A stretch of 63,432 nucleotides of DNA, filler included, from Choristocarpus tenellus KU-1152 (Eukaryota > Protista > Phaeophyceae): assembly GCA_964200185.2 (NCBI GenBank). It is 10 parts of 10 records of this genome, joined end to end, with 100 filler letters (N's around TTAATTAATTAA, not from the genome) between each part and the next. Parts side by side here need not be neighbours in the genome. Positions count along the whole stretch, not along the records: positions 1 to 19,906 come from CAXNAD020000434.1; positions 20,007 to 33,937 come from CAXNAD020001321.1; 8 more parts are not named here. One strand, 5' to 3'. Below are positions 11,836 through 25,949 of this stretch, in pieces (the first letter of the stretch is position 1; every line of letters starts with the position of its first letter). The position numbers and the translations under genes were made by a program. The notes below the pieces were generated by a model. The model saw only the letters and a list, made by a program, of their open reading frames with translations, did not search any database and was not told the origin of the DNA.

Positions 11836-14800
11836 ATGTCGGAGGGTAAGGTGACCAAGTACAGAGTGAAGAACGAAGCACCTTTCCAGGTGTTCGAGGT
11901 AGAGAGTGCGGAAGACAAGGTGAAACACTCTGCTACCCCCTCTAACGCTTTAGCAATAGTTCAGAGTAACAGATGGGGGGTCCTGTTTCGATCGTGCTAC
12001 TAAAGGGGGCAATAATATAGGAAGACTGATATGCAATGGGTCTTGCAATCTTCCGGAGAACAGGGAGAAAGAGGCTCCAACTTTTGTGGAGGTTTTGAAA
12101 GTGAGAGGGTTTTGGTAGCGGTTCTTTCCTGTCTTGTCCACGTACTGGGTCGGTGGGTGATGCGGAGGTGAAATTTCCTTGTTTTGCTTTGATTGAACCA
12201 GTGTAATCGGGATGGAGGCTTTGGGTAGCAGTTTTTGGATGAGTTCAACCAGTATTTGAGACCTGATCTTTTCATATGCAAACATTATATCGTATGGTTT
12301 CGATGGGCCCAACATTATTTTTACAGGTCATACCCTTGTTGTTTCTCGTTGATGCCCGGGTGTCCTCATGGTAGTTTCTCGCCGGAGCAATGACACCCAC
12401 CACCCACTCCCCCTGCCCTGCTGACTTCGAAACAACCAGGCAGCTCGAAACTTGCCTTACCCGGAGCGAGTGGCCAGGAAGCTTGACATATGTGTAATAG
12501 ATTCGGGTGCAGATGCAAATGAGCTCATATTTGACCTTGTCGGGGTCGATGTATCTGTCGCTAATGCCCTGCGGAGAATCTTGCTGGCAGAGGTGAGGAG
12601 TGACTGCGACTCATAATCAATACTATCTTCTTGGCATCTTCTTGGCAGAGATCGTTTCTTCCTTGAGGTGGGATGATCTCGTAGGCACTGAGCCATTGTG
12701 GCCTTGTGATTCGTCTGTATTTCCCCTAATGGAGGGGAGATGAGCTTGTGTGCACTGCTCTGGATGTTGTAGGTTGTCAATGTACTTGCGATATTAGCAT
12801 CCAGTATCGGCACAATCGCACCTATCCTCTCACCCCCAGTTTGCCCATACGTCCTCCTCGTAATTCTCAGGTCCCAACTATGGCCATTGAATATGTCTAC
12901 ATGTTTATGAACTCCTCAATAATCCATGATGAGGTCTTTTCACACAGGTTGGGCCTGGTGCCCATCAATGTGGATCCACGTATGTTTGAGTTCATTGGTA
13001 CAGGGGAGGCCGAAAATGTGAGAGGATACTTATTCAAAAGAGGTTTTCAACAAGGGTGGGGGATGGTGGAGATATCAATCTACTTAGAATTGCATTTTTC
13101 TCCTTACGAGACTTGTTAGATGCTGGCAATGAAGTGCAATCCTGACAATGGTCATGCACATCAAGGAAGATGAAATCTTCTCTGGTCATGCATGATGCAT
13201 ACTGTGCTGATATACATCCTGTTTTATATCCATTTTGCCTACAGTTCACTGTTTCAGAGAGTGCACAGGGATGTTTTTGGAGATCTCAATTCAGTTTGTT
13301 GTCTCTCCTCCCTGCAAGTAATCATTTACTGTGGTATTAGTATTGTCCCCTCACCTTTTCTGCATCCAATTAACTAGGCCTGCACAATATGTTTGGTGCA
13401 TGAAAGCATCTTGCATGCCAGTACCCTACCACCCCTCTGAGTCTTTTTCAATACCTTTTGTGGTGGTGGTGGACAGTGACAATAGGAACGCCCTGGGGCC
13501 TCGTGACTGGTTGCCCCAGAGCAGGGACTTTACTCTTGTGGGGCAAGGAACCCACCTCATAAGAGCAATAATCCTGCCCCACAGCTGTTTTTGTTTAAGA
13601 ATTATGGAATTTTTAGAGAAGGCAAGTGTGCTCTGATCACAGTAGTGTAGTTCAGTTGTGTTGGGATGAGGGTTTTTGTAGCATAGTTGGCATTACTACT
13701 TTTTTGTTGAACTTACTGCTAAGGTTGAATGTAAGGATTGAGACGAGGATTTTTTGTTTCAGTAGCATTGTGTAGGCGATATTGAGGTACAGCACTGGAA
13801 CCCGTGAACATAATACTGGATTCTACTTGTGTTCTCAGCAAGTAAGAAGTACGCCCCTATATGGCAAGACTGTTGGATGCCTTACCTACCCTATTGGCAT
13901 TGCATATTGAAATCGTCTCCGCCCTCTCCCATGCAACTCTACCTTTCCCCTGACTTATGTGTGTGTTTGGCTACCATTGGCTACACCAATCTTGGCCTGA
14001 AACAGCCCACAGAATTCAACACGGCAGTCTTCAAGCTGGACGTAAAGAATCCTTTGCACCCTGTGAATCCAGAAAGCCTGCCTAAAGGCACCGTATTTGC
14101 TGCTGGCCCACAACGTACCATGAATGTTATGAGGTAGTGAATGTGGGTTGAATGGTGTGGGTCATTGTGCATGGATGTAATCTGTTACTATGTTGTGGGT
14201 GCACTGGTTGCTCATGTTGTGATAGAAAGGTTATTGCTATGTAGTACCCAATATTAACCCTAACTGTGGCACACACACTGGCGCTCAAAGGACTGTTTAG
14301 TGGGCTTGCCAACTATCCGTAGGAGTCTATCTGTATCCATCAGAGCGGTACATGCATGGCAAAACAGTGGTGGATGTATTACTTGTTGAGAGGCAATGAC
14401 TGGAGAGGTCCTGGTCTCTCTACTGTAGTGGTGGTACTGCTGTTTATAGGGGGCTACATATTGTACCAAGTGTGAAGGAGAGGATGGGCTGAGTTATCAA
14501 TGAATATAGAGGGTGAGAAAGTGGTATCGAGATATGGTACATACTCATACACACCCCCATTCACACCTACTGTATCTCTCATGTCAACCCCAAATACTCC
14601 CAGTGGTGGTAGTGATTCCCAACATTACAGTGGATTGGCTCATTGCTAGTATACTACTCACACCTGCCCCATCCACATCATGTGTCCTTTACTTACCCCC
14701 TTTTGTTCTGTAGTGGGGCCCTGGAGTGGATACCACAGGGTGACCAGGTGGAGCGATTTCCAAATGGCTTGGCGCCAGTGTATGATGATATACTGCTAGC

Positions 14801-17800
14801 AAAATTACGGCCTGGGCAGGAGATCATAGCTGAGGTGGGCATGTAAGAGTTTAAGCCAAGTCGCAGCTGATGGTCACTGGTAGAAAAATTTCAGTATTGT
14901 CATTATTTATAGTACAACACGTTAGAGTTGTTCCTTTGTGAGAGTACCAACAGTCCCAGCGGGGCAAGAGGTGTGGAGTGGAGTTGGTCCATGTTGTGAA
15001 GTGTAGGGCTGTTGAGGGAGTATGGTGCTGATTTGTCTGTGGCCTGATGCCTGTTGGTATTTTGGTGGTGTACCTGTCTGTGGTGGTGACGGAGAAGAGT
15101 AGGGTGGGTGCCTTTGCATGCAAGCTGTTACACAGATACACCACCATAATGTATTCATATTAGCAGATGTGGATCGATGCGTTCGTTTTCAATCCACCTC
15201 CTTCAAATTTCTCTGTTGGGCAAAACCTGTGGAGACCCCCCCCCCCCCCACCCACCCACGCACTCACAATATCTCTCATACAGTGGTGTTTCTATGCCTC
15301 AAACCTTGCCCTTGTGAACTGTTTGTTGTGTTACAAATTACTATTGTGGTAATCAATCCCATCTTTCAATCCCAAGCATGGTTATTTGGGGCTCATTCAT
15401 TCTCTTGCGTTCACTCTAGCTTTTGCTTATTGGTTCATCTTTCACTGAGAAAATACCGATCGAGATGGAGTAGGTGACTTCTTTTTGTTCTTAACATGAC
15501 CAAGATGCTTGGGCAGGAGACATTATTCTATTGGTTGTACAAGATTTCACCTTCTGCATCACTAGAATAAAGCATCCAATCAATTGCGCATGAATCACCC
15601 TCAACCAATCAGATGCACTTGCCCTGAAGCTGTTGATCATACCCCATGTGATAGATGCACTGTCGCAAGGGAATAGGAAAGGATCACGCCAAGTACTCCC
15701 CTGTAGCAACAGTCAGCTACAGGCTCCTTCCCAAGATAACCCTAAAAAAGGAGTTGCGAGGAGAGGAGGCGAATCGTCTGATTGAGAAGTGCCCCATGAA
15801 TGTGTTTGACATTGAGGACTTGGGTGGTGGTGAACCCGTGGCTAAGGTAGGAATTGTGTTGGTATTAACACTGGTGATGAGATTGCCATGGACGATAACC
15901 TGGGGAGTATGTGCGCTCCTACCGTAATTCAATCTCTGCTGACATGTTCAAGTCCTTCATGTGGACTATTGTGCAAAGGATCACTGCACTGGCAGTGACC
16001 CCATTCTCGAATCAATCCCCCCTGTGCAGTGTACATGTGCAATATCCCAATGTATTCAATGTATACAATGAACAGCAGATTTGTACACCTTGCAGAGAGA
16101 TTTTGTGATTTGATTTTGTCTTTTCATCCCTTTTCCCATGTGCCCAATGCTCAACTATCAGGTTGCAAGGCCTAGAGATTGCACCATGTGCCGTGAATGT
16201 ATCAGGGAGGTAGGGTGGGGTGAGAAGGTGTCACTGGAACGTGTGGCTGACCACTTCATCTTCAGCATAGAGTCGGTGGGAGCGTTACCTCCAAAGGTAT
16301 TTTTTAATCTCTATGCCCATGTATGTGTATGTCATATCTCAAGAGTATTCCTTTTCACAGTGTGCTGCATTAGTTGTTTGTGTTATAGCCTGGACGAGTT
16401 TTTGGGGGATTGTATTAATGTTCTTGGTGATGACAGTGGTGTGCTGCAAAGGTGTTATCTTAGCCAATGGAAATGTGTGTCCACATCATTTTTCTTTCCT
16501 TCTTGGAACTGAATGTCAGACAGTGTATGTTTTGTCCATTTTTTGTTCAATTTTGTGCAAATATGAGGTGAATGTCTTGTGCGTGTGGGAGGAATGGATC
16601 GGGACTGTATCTGCTACAGTGTGTATATTTGTTTTCTTGTCAAAGACTTGATTTTGTGAGTAAAGTCGGAAATGGGATAATATTGGAGAGCTTCATTGTG
16701 TGGGATGGTCTACTGAAATGCTAAAGCAGACACTTGCATGATTGGAGTGTCAATCATGTTTAATTAAACCGTGATTAATCGAAACTGGAAATGGAGGAGT
16801 TTTTTTTGTTTTTCATCCAAGGTTCCTGATGCTGTGCTTGTGGAGCTCATCAAATCATGTGACTCAATTTGTGCACCATGTGTAAGTTTAGATTATAATC
16901 GAATCCATGTATATATATATTTTTTCAAGGTTAATTTAACATCTGCTCATAAATGATGTAGTTTGACAACACTGTCATGATTGGGACACCTGTTTTCAAT
17001 TACGCATTGGAGAGGAGAATTGAAATGATCTTTCAAAGTATCTTAGACCGTAGAGCTACGTCCATTTGGAGACCAAAATCCAACGTTGCAATTTTGATGT
17101 AATTTTGGTTATGATGTTTGTTATGAGATGTCAATTTCCTTTTTCCGGACACACCTTTTCATAACGTATACATTTTATGTACTCTGAAACATTTTGGAAA
17201 AGGTAAAATGCCATTAAAACACACGGGGAGCCACATCCCAAATGGACAAACAGGGAAAAATTCGTACCCTCTAAGATAGTTCCACTCCGATACGTATGCT
17301 GACACCGTTTCCAGGACTAGGCATAATGGTCTCATTTGGAGGGTATGGGAATGTGACACTAATTGAATCACTGATGAGTTCATTCATTTGCTTGCACAGC
17401 TTACTGCCCAACCTGAGTGGATTAGGAACACGGGCAAGTCGTTGAAATATGAAACTCGTAAGGTGTAGGATTATGTTAAATGTATGCGGTGTCTCTTTAA
17501 CGCTGGTCATGTCCAACCCACCCATGAGTGTTGATGAAATTTGTAGAACTCATGATTGGTGTGCATTTCCTGTGCCAGGATGAGCGTGTACAATTCCTTT
17601 CTGAGCATGAATCACCTGCTGATCTAGATGTACAAGTTATCTGTATCAACAACTTATCACTTGAGAAAAGTGAAGGCTCTACTAAGTGACATACTCCCAT
17701 TTTCTTAGAACTAGGGTTTCTGATCAACCATATTTCTTACTCATGCAATGGAACCCAATGCTTTTACAGAATCGTTTATAGAGTTGTTCGTAGGATATTG

Positions 17801-18483
17801 ATCTTGCGTCTGTGACAGTGTATGGATGTTTTGTAACACATTTATTGAGTTACCTCATGTGCCATAATGCCATTTATACAGATTTGGCTCGAACATTAAT
17901 GCAAGAGTTATAGAGTTATGGCAATATGGAAATATCGATTTTCACTTGTGGGTTAGATACGAACAACTCTGAATTAAGGCATTGATCAGCTCTGAATGGT
18001 ATGATGATCATTCTGCAGGAGGTATCTTGGGTTTGGGTTTCCCTGTGTTTTGGAATTTGCATGGAGTGTGTATCCTATTACCTGTGTGCAGCATTTAGGC
18101 TATCCCATTGATTGACGCAGATGTTACTGTTTGTACATGTCCCCTGTCCCTCAATTTTTTAATAATGATTCTTGACCTGTTGTTTTGTATATATACTGGA
18201 GAGTGCACCAACTCTCTAGTCAGGTACAGGGGGTTCTCCAAACTAGATGGATGCCCTTTTCTCATGGGAGTGCAGGTATAGTGTAAACGACCCATGTCCT
18301 ACCCACTGAATCCCCTCCCAAATACACTGATTCTCGAAACTTATTTCTGATCTTGGTGCGCTAATGCTTTCCATGCAGGATTTGCTGAGGGATGCTATTG
18401 GAGTGTTGAAATACAAATGTGATGCCTTGATTGAGGAGATAGAGGCATATGAGAGGGGCGAAGATTTGGATGATGCCATGTGA
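11836..18483 (+). CDS. POLR1C: DNA-directed RNA polymerase I and III subunit AC40 (RPAC1/RPC40)
   Basis: Exons 12440-12592 ([21 protein letters not shown]), 12871-13017 ([24 protein letters not shown]), 14006-14133, 14714-14834 ([13 protein letters not shown]), 15655-15846 ([22 protein letters not shown]), 16162-16296 ([20 protein letters not shown]) and 18379-18483 (stop). The first exon from ATG 11836 is likely, but its donor site is uncertain. Confidence 0.95.
17033..17287 (+). mobile_element. MITE family 1 copy in the last AC40 intron
   Basis: CAAAGTATCTTAGA..CCCTCTAAGATAGTTCCACTC, internally colinear with 6477-6739. Confidence 0.85.
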
Positions 18484-18889
18484 CATAGTTAGCTGACTGT
18501 GATTGGCCAGTTGGCGGATAGGTGGAAAGATTGTATGTCAAGCTTATTTCAATGGCTCTGGTTTCTTATTTTACACATTGCTCTGATAGATTCTTGTAGA
18601 GCAGAGAGGCCTTAGTGTGTGGGGTAAAGATAAGCTGTATTATATTCTGTCTCAGCAGGAAGAGGTGTGGGTCACTCAGCGCTGTCAACACTAACGGGCA
18701 TGTTTTCCAGAGGGGTGCAAAGTAATGCATTGGTTGGTACTATTCTGAAATGCATGACTTCCGAAAACCCAGGTTTTGAAGTATGTGTGTTGGAAATTTC
18801 TGAAATCCGTTGATAAGTTTCAAATAATAAAGAAATGAACCCTCTCAAGTCAATCTTAGCACTTCATTCATAGAAATATGGGTCATTTG

Positions 18890-19267
18890 CTACAAGATTG
18901 AAAAACTGGCTTTAAACGGCCAAAACCTGAGGGTACCTCTCGTTGACTTTGAATCAAACGAGGGCACCCCATCACCCCATCGCTGTTTATGACTTCTTGA
19001 TCGGCTTATTGAGCGGCTTTGCCATGCTGAACTGCTCGTTGCTCTCATCATCAAAGGAAGAGTTCTCTCTCCTGTTGAGGCTGCATTTTCCCGCAAGGCT
19101 TCAAATGCCTGCCGACACATATGAAAGAGATCCCAAACTCGTGACCTTTCATTGGTGCTGGGGGAGAATTTCACAGCTGATACCTCAACAGAGCTATCGA
19201 GTTCCTTGTTGTCCTGTCGCTGGCTATTCTTTAGAATTATTTTCTTGGTGTCATTGTTGTCTGCCAT
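18890..19267 (-). pseudogene. Possible decayed BED-finger/hAT transposase N-terminal remnant
   Basis: RSRVWDLF..TSSSAW..SH resembles BED-finger framing, but the Cys ligands are not cleanly recoverable. Confidence 0.25.
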
Positions 19268-19660
19268 GCTGACTGGTAAAAGTATTGACTCGCAGAAGTG
19301 GTTATGTGATGGCTAACTCTCCAACCCTCTCAAGCACGTATTGTCTACTTGAACTCCACCCAATCAAAGAGTTACTGTGACAGTGTACATTTCAATTGAT
19401 TATGTGTGACTGGATGACTTTCATATCCTACCCGCTGTGAATTTTCGTCAGTTACATCCACGTGAGAGAACTGCAAAGCTACCCGTTCATTCCATCCACA
19501 CATTCTTAGGAACTACTAAAGTTTCCCCACAACAGAGAAATGTCAATATTTTGAAGAAGGGTAGCAAAATCCGCTCATTTCTCCCATTTCTTCTAGATAA
19601 TACTGTATCAATGTCAGCTGTTGTTGCCAACATCATCTTACCAAATATTAAATCACTGCA

Positions 19661-19810
19661 AGGTTCAAAGTATCTGGGTGTGTGTGGTGGCTGTCCATTC
19701 AGAGCCCATTTATCAATGTTGAGATTTTTGTGTGATTTGGTTGCATGCGTCGGATGGATAATGTAAGTGCACTTCTCCTGGTCAGGGCCCGAATGGACAC
19801 CCTGGTCCAG

Positions 19811-19866
<56 letters not shown>
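19661..19866 (+). mobile_element. MITE family 2 copy ending in a long poly-C at the contig end
   Basis: GGTTCAAAGTATCTGGG..GTCCATT..GATTTGGTTGCA..CGGATGGATAATGTAA..AATGGACACCCTGG, colinear with 33416-33596. Confidence 0.85.
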
Positions 19867-19867
<1 letters not shown>

Positions 19868-19906
19868 ACCCAGCCCCCCCAAGCCAGGATGCCGAAAGCG
19901 GAGGGA

Positions 19907-20006
19907 NNNNNNNNNNNNNNNNNNNNNNNNNNNNNNNNNNNNNNNNNNNNTTAATTAATTAANNNNNNNNNNNNNNNNNNNNNNNNNNNNNNNNNNNNNN
20001 NNNNNN
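19907..20006. other. Artificial contig linker (N44-TTAATTAATTAA-N44)
   Basis: The identical 100-bp spacer also occurs at 33938-34037, 37577-37676, 42451-42550, 46459-46558, 49175-49274, 53898-53997, 56699-56798 and 60557-60656. TTAATTAATTAA gives stops in all six frames. Confidence 0.99.
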
Positions 20007-20611
20007 CTTTAGCCACAGACAGGGCGAGCGATAGAAGTCGACACTATTCGGGCAAAGACCTACCTCCATTGTCTGCCTCCCAGGACGAAGTCGATACATG
20101 GCCAAAGGCACACCGAGTTTACCTTCATCATGCCTATGGTCAAGACTGCTTCAGGTTCATAAGCAGCGAGTGCAGGTACACACACAACGACTCAGTAGTT
20201 CCCAAGGGATACTTCTCATACCTTTCGAGAACCCACCAGGGATCTCCTGGTGTTCAATCCACTGAAGAGCCGGCGTACGATGGTAGCCTTAACAGATACA
20301 TATCTCCAATACCTAGCCGCGATACAAGAATCAGAACACCCTCCACTATTTGCGAGAAGTCCAACTCGTTAGGAATAACGACTGTTAGCTGTGGACCACT
20401 TTGCAAGTGTCATGGGTACCATTCCAACGTTTCTCCTCTCTTGCGCTCTATCTTGCCAATCCATGAGCATCTTTTTACGGCAGTAGTGCTTTGGATGGTG
20501 CCATCCGAGATGAAAAGAGTCATTTGCATGGCAGGAATGGTTGGCTGCCTTATTTCGGAACCCTTCACCTCGTAAGGATGATCTGGGCCCAACTTCGGCT
20601 GGTGGTACAAA

Positions 20612-21517
20612 TGTTAAAACATAGGCTACTCACTTCAGTTGTTTCTTGACATGATACAGTATCGTCGGTACATACTGAATGTTGATTTGTTCATTGTAAT
20701 GGTCGCTACTTCCACTTACCTCATTAGCTCATCATCACAACATTCCTAACCACCTTTCGACCACCACAGTACATAGCAAACATAAGAACAGTCGCTACCT
20801 ATCACACATAACAGGCGTACTATGTACCACATCAGTTCCATTAGATATTGATTCAACCTTGTCTTGTTGTTTCTTCTTTGTTTTACTTTCTTCTTCTTCA
20901 CACAAGAAGTTATCAACTACATTGCATGTATTATTATTTTGTCTTTGACTGGAATTGCCCCCTCATAAGACACCATTTTCACTCTGCACTATGTGTACCA
21001 GACACACACCGGGATGGAATATAAACAGAGTTAAAAACATCCTCAGAAACGGGTCAAAGTATCTTAGAGGGTAGAGCTGCGTCCATTCGGGGTCCAAAAT
21101 TCAATTCGGCGATTTTGATGTAATTTTGGCTATTGTGTTTGTTAGTAAGTGTCAATATCCAAGTTCCCGACACACCTTTTCATAACGTATAAATTTTACC
21201 TGCTCCGAAACATTTTGGAGTAGGAAAATGCTATTAAAAAAAACATGGGAAGCCAAGCCCCAAATGGACAAACAGGGCAAAATTCGTACCCTCTAAGATA
21301 CTTTCACCCAAACCCTTCTCAGCCAAGGTGACAAGCCTCTTCACGGAGCAGCATTTCTTCATTTGAGTGTCTCAATGAATGACTAAAATTTTACATCAAC
21401 CATTGATTGATTGCAACATCTCATCAGACCAACCAGAACGAATTCACCAGTGCTGTGTTGCACTATGACAACCTTCGCATCATCAAGCACAACATCTTCG
21501 CAACTCAGGTTTCAATA
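20612..21517 (+). mobile_element. Solo LTR (family A, ~645 bp) carrying a nested MITE
   Basis: TGTTAAAACATAGGCTACTC..CAGGTTTCAATA with 5-bp TSD ACAAA (20607-20611, 21518-21522). Homologous to 24726-25376, 53184-53846 and 46559-46632. Confidence 0.85.
21051..21309 (+). mobile_element. MITE family 1 copy inside the solo LTR
   Basis: GGG..CCC ends, TSD AAAC on both sides. Confidence 0.9.
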
Positions 21518-23039
21518 ACAAAACTAGCTGGAGGCCACGTGCTGGACACAGCGGCCAGGACGGCAGGGTGGTCCCCACCACCGACTCCAATACTAACATC
21601 CGTTTGAAATCAATGGTCCTGGTCTTGATCTAATTCCATATCGCCTTAAGTAAACCCTCCACAGCAAAGGAAGTTGTTCAAGTCGATCTTCAGCAAGTGG
21701 GGCATTACTTCGCCCCTGACCATGGACCGGTGTCCCTTCTCCATCCGAAGACATGATAGGTACGGGTAGAAACCTAGGTGTCAATATATTGTGTTAAAGT
21801 ATCCCCCGACTCCTGTATGGATAGGAGTGACAATTGAAGGGATAATGCCAAACGTTGTCGAGGAGTGATTATCTTCACAAAGGGGGCGACCATATAACCT
21901 TAAACCACCACGGTCAATGGAGTCAAATCCTATCCATCGATTCATATACAAGAGCAAATATGGGTTTTGCAAACTAAAAATCTTGGATACTGACTCTACA
22001 TATATATAGTAGTTATCTCCGGTACAGTTGGGAGAGTATTCGCACAGTTACCCCCCATCTCCCTCAACAACGGATTGTCGTGGTCATGCGGCAACAGTGT
22101 CATCGACCTTGAAGCATCGTGTTAGGTCGGGTGCCTGTGACACCTGCTGTGTCCTTTCTCAGGTCAGTCCACTTTCCTCACTATGTTCAACAACTTGTGA
22201 GGTGGTCGCTTCACAGGCACAGTTTGGCAATGCTATCCCCGCCGTTATTGTGCACCACATCAAGGAGTACGTGAGAACCAATGCTATGCCACCTGGATGG
22301 CTTCAGGATCTCTTGAAGTTCCAGGTCTGTCAGCACAATGCTGATTGTATAAGACCTGTCAAAAACAGTAGCGACGTCTCGCACTCACGTCCTAGATCTG
22401 AGGGAAATCATTATAGATTCTGGTCTGGGAATGAAAGATTGTTGAGAAGAAGAGATCCACATTTATTCTCCAAATGGCAGGTCCAAATCACTCTACACAC
22501 TGGTTGGTCCATGCAAATCCCTCTAACTATTGATGGGCGTTGCATGGAATATTTGCCGAAAATTCTTCAAGACCCCCTGAAACATTTCATTTTCATATGT
22601 TACCACATACTACTGTGGAATGGCGTTCCCCTTCTAAAGCCACCAGATTGCAATATTCTCCAATATCCCCATTCCAATAACCCCTCCAACATGGTCAGAA
22701 AAAACAAAGGGTTTTTTATTAATGCAGTCACCCTCTCCCCTGTTGTTTCCTCGTTCGGAATGTCGAATAACTAGTGTTATACTTACGTTGTGTGTGCTGA
22801 TACAAGCATATAACACATTTTTCATGTACGTTTATCTCTAACTTGGTGCAATACAAAGTAGTAACGTACATAACAATAAGACGAGTCAGTGTTTGGTCAT
22901 ACGTCAGTGATAACGGATGACGAAGACAGAAGGTTGGTGGAAAATTAATAAATCAGTGTATGCCCACCATGTAACCCACTAGCAGCTTCTGGCGATAATG
23001 CTTTCCTGCGCAAAGCTATTCAACGCTTAAGTGCCTAAA

Positions 23040-24030
23040 CCAACATCCTCTAGCTAAAGGAGGCGCAGCTGGAGCTGGGGTGGTTTGGGGTTGTGAACTG
23101 CATTCATGGCGCCGTGGATGGGTTCCATACCAAACTCCTCCAACTAATGGATGAAAACTATGCAGACCGGTTCGCCACAACGTGTGCCTTCTTGGGCGCA
23201 GAAGGTGATATCGATGATGCAGTAGAGGAGAGGGAGGACCCTGTCAGAGTGGGCAACATCGACTTCATCAAGGAGAAGGATGTGAGTGAAGATGAGGTCG
23301 TCAAGGACAAAAATGGTATATGACGTTTTGCTGAGGAGTACCACTGGCTTCTACAGGTGCATTGTTCACAATGCAGCCTCACCATCATCAGGCTTGGAGG
23401 GAATTGAGGGAACATTTTCTCATTCATTCAGATGGGGAAATCGCGAGATTGCAGAAAATGGTGATGAACGTTAAAAAGTCACAGGGGTCCGACCCCCAGA
23501 TCACCTTTACTACGATGCTAGACTGGGTGAGCCAGATGGCAATAATGGGACATCAAATGTACGAGCCAAGTTCTCCAAATTGCTATGCTGGATTCTCTGG
23601 GTGACAGTTACCAGATCGAATTCGTCCCACCCCAAAAAGAGAACCAAAGTCTCCAAACAGAGGTGGATCGCCATCGAGTAGAGGAAGCAACCCCGACTCA
23701 GTCCTCAGCTCTGCTGTCGGCGCCTCCACCTGTGACAGTCCATCCAGCTGACCATTTAGCATCACCACCCTACCAACTACCTCATGGTACAGAGTCCCTG
23801 ACTACACCCTACCATCATGTCGATGTACAGCAGAGTATATCACAAAATATTTCATGCCAGTATCCTGGTTGCCAGGCAACGACTCATGATAGTCACTCGA
23901 CCCAGTCGTGCTTGGACAAGTCAGATGGCAGTTGTAGGCCGTTCTTATGTTGTAGAGGAAGAGGTCATGGCTGTCATGGTCGTCAATATCGACAGCCAGT
24001 TGCTGGCCACAATTCTCCTCGCCCCTAGGG
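23040..24030 (+). pseudogene. Decayed copia-type gag
   Basis: AWRELREHF..EIARLQKMVMNVKKSQGSDP parallels the gag at 39926-40324 (AFQALRDHF..ERDTMRSKLNSLHLPVGEDP). A zinc-knuckle-like CQYPGC..H..C follows. Confidence 0.6.
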
Positions 24031-24725
24031 CTTCCCAGATGGATTTGACTACTGTCCACTTGGAATGAGCATGGTGTAGTGGACACCCTCGTAAGGAGTG
24101 GCAAGTGTCAGAGGTTGATGTCAATCACACCGCTTGCTCCACAAGTTTCATTTATTGCCTATTCGTCTATTATTAGGCATTTTTCATTGCTCTTGCGTTG
24201 TCCAAGGTCGTACGATAATTTTCTAACTTGGTTCGACACTTCTTTCTGCAAATTACTCATCTACTCCAAAACCTTCATCTTTCATCTTAAGGGTTCGTGT
24301 CGGTGGATCGCCAAAGAACGTGAAGGCGGCTTAACCAAACAATAAGTGATGTGCCATGTATTTCAGAGTTATTTGTTCGCAATCACCCTCAACTCGAATG
24401 TTTGGATGATGTGCATCCTGTTCCACCATGTGTAATAAATCTATCTACTGCTATTGGTTTACCACTGAATATTCGTGGATTTAATCGTTTTGCACTGACA
24501 CTTGGTGACACCAAATTCCCCGTTAAAGCTTAGTGATTCTCCAACTTGGTCCAGATAAAACACTGCTTCATAATAGTGTCATGCAGGCCCTCAATGCAAT
24601 CCTTGATTGGCAAGAACAACATATCCCGTTTCACTACAGCTTGTGTACCATTCCAGCAAGACATCACATGAAGAGGAGCCTCACACAACAAGGGCATGAT
24701 TCAAGCCCTACTCCTTCGTGCTTTG

Positions 24726-25376
24726 GGTTGAAACCTGAATTTGAATGAATTGTGCTTTCTTGTGCAGTGACTAGTTTGTGATGTAGAGGTATCATAGTGC
24801 CACAAAGCACCCGTGAATTTGTTCTGGTGAACCTGACTAAATGTTCTGCTCAATCAGGGGATGGTTGATGTGAAATTGTAGTCCTTGACACACTCAAATG
24901 AAGTAATGCATGCTCTGTGAAGAAGCTTGTCACCTTCACGGGGAAGGGTTTCTGAGGATGTTTAACTCTGAATATATCACATCCAGGTGTGTATCAGGTA
25001 CACTTAGCACAGATTGAGCTCGAAGTCTTATGAGGGGGCAATGTCAGCCAAGAAAAATAATAAACACATGATATAGAACTGAAGACTTCGGAAGTGAAGA
25101 AAAAGAAAGGAAAAAAGAAGAAACAAGGAGATAAACTTGGATCTATATCTGAGGGAACTCATGTGACACATATTATGCCTGTATGTGTGATAGGTAGCAA
25201 CTGTACTTATGCTTCCTATGCACTGTGATGCTCTAAAAGTAATTGATGTTGTGATGATGAGCTAGTGATGTAGATGGAAATAACGACCAGTGCAATGGAC
25301 AAATCAACAGTCAGTATGAACTGGTGATACTGTATCTCATCAAGCACAAATCATACGAGTAGCCTATGTTTTAACA
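24726..25376 (-). mobile_element. Solo LTR (family A), reverse orientation
   Basis: Ends GGTTGAAACCTGAA and GAGTAGCCTATGTTTTAACA; near-TSD CTTTG/CATTG. Confidence 0.8.
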
Positions 25377-25949
25377 CATTGTGATGAGCGTGCAACATGA
25401 TTTTGACCCTGTACCCCTCGGTTTACATGAACAGTACAGTATACCACCAGTAGGTCATGAAATCATCATACTTTTGCACAACTGTCGATAGCACATCCCT
25501 TCATACTGCAGTAGTGGAGCAAGTCATGCATCCCATACCTGATGTAGACCAGCACAATGAACCTACGCATCCATGGAATCGTATACAATTCTACCTGCCT
25601 ATCTATTGTTGTTGTCCACACTCTCAGTGCTTGGTCAACAAAAAATAGATCAGCCTTTGTTCAATTGGCAAACCTAACTGCCCGTAGGAATCGTATCAAC
25701 AAACACCTTGTGATTGGTCACTAGACCTCAATTTCTGATCACACGCCCCTCACAGTTAGTGCTCTGAATATTGATACTAACTTGTTCAGTGAAGCTACCG
25801 AGAAGTTGTATCAAGCTTTCATTAAGACAAATGCTTTCAAAAATACCATGTTACACCAAACACAAGTGCCTCTTCTTTTACACCCGTGTCCTCAGTAGAG
25901 ATCGGTATTTTCACTGAACGCAGCAGAACTGGGCAAATGTACTCTAGTT

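Larger units (their letters stand above)
20007..21700 (+). pseudogene. Possible LTR-retrotransposon gag/protease remnant, split by a solo LTR
   Basis: CCCH-like HAYGQDC..ECRYTH, an LDGA-like motif at ~20490, and LAGGHVL continuing after the solo LTR; heavily decayed. Confidence 0.3.

Noticed and set aside
19487-19958. Poly-Gly/poly-Pro ORFs
   Set aside because: Translation of a MITE poly-C tract at a contig end.
22028-22774. Longest ORF in the track (248 aa)
   Set aside because: Non-ATG start, no recognisable motif, and it lies among decayed retroelement sequence; cannot be supported as a gene.
20612-25376. Single element with long inverted terminal repeats (DIRS or large TIR transposon)
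   Set aside because: Each repeat has its own TSD, and another copy follows a polypurine tract, so they are solo LTRs.
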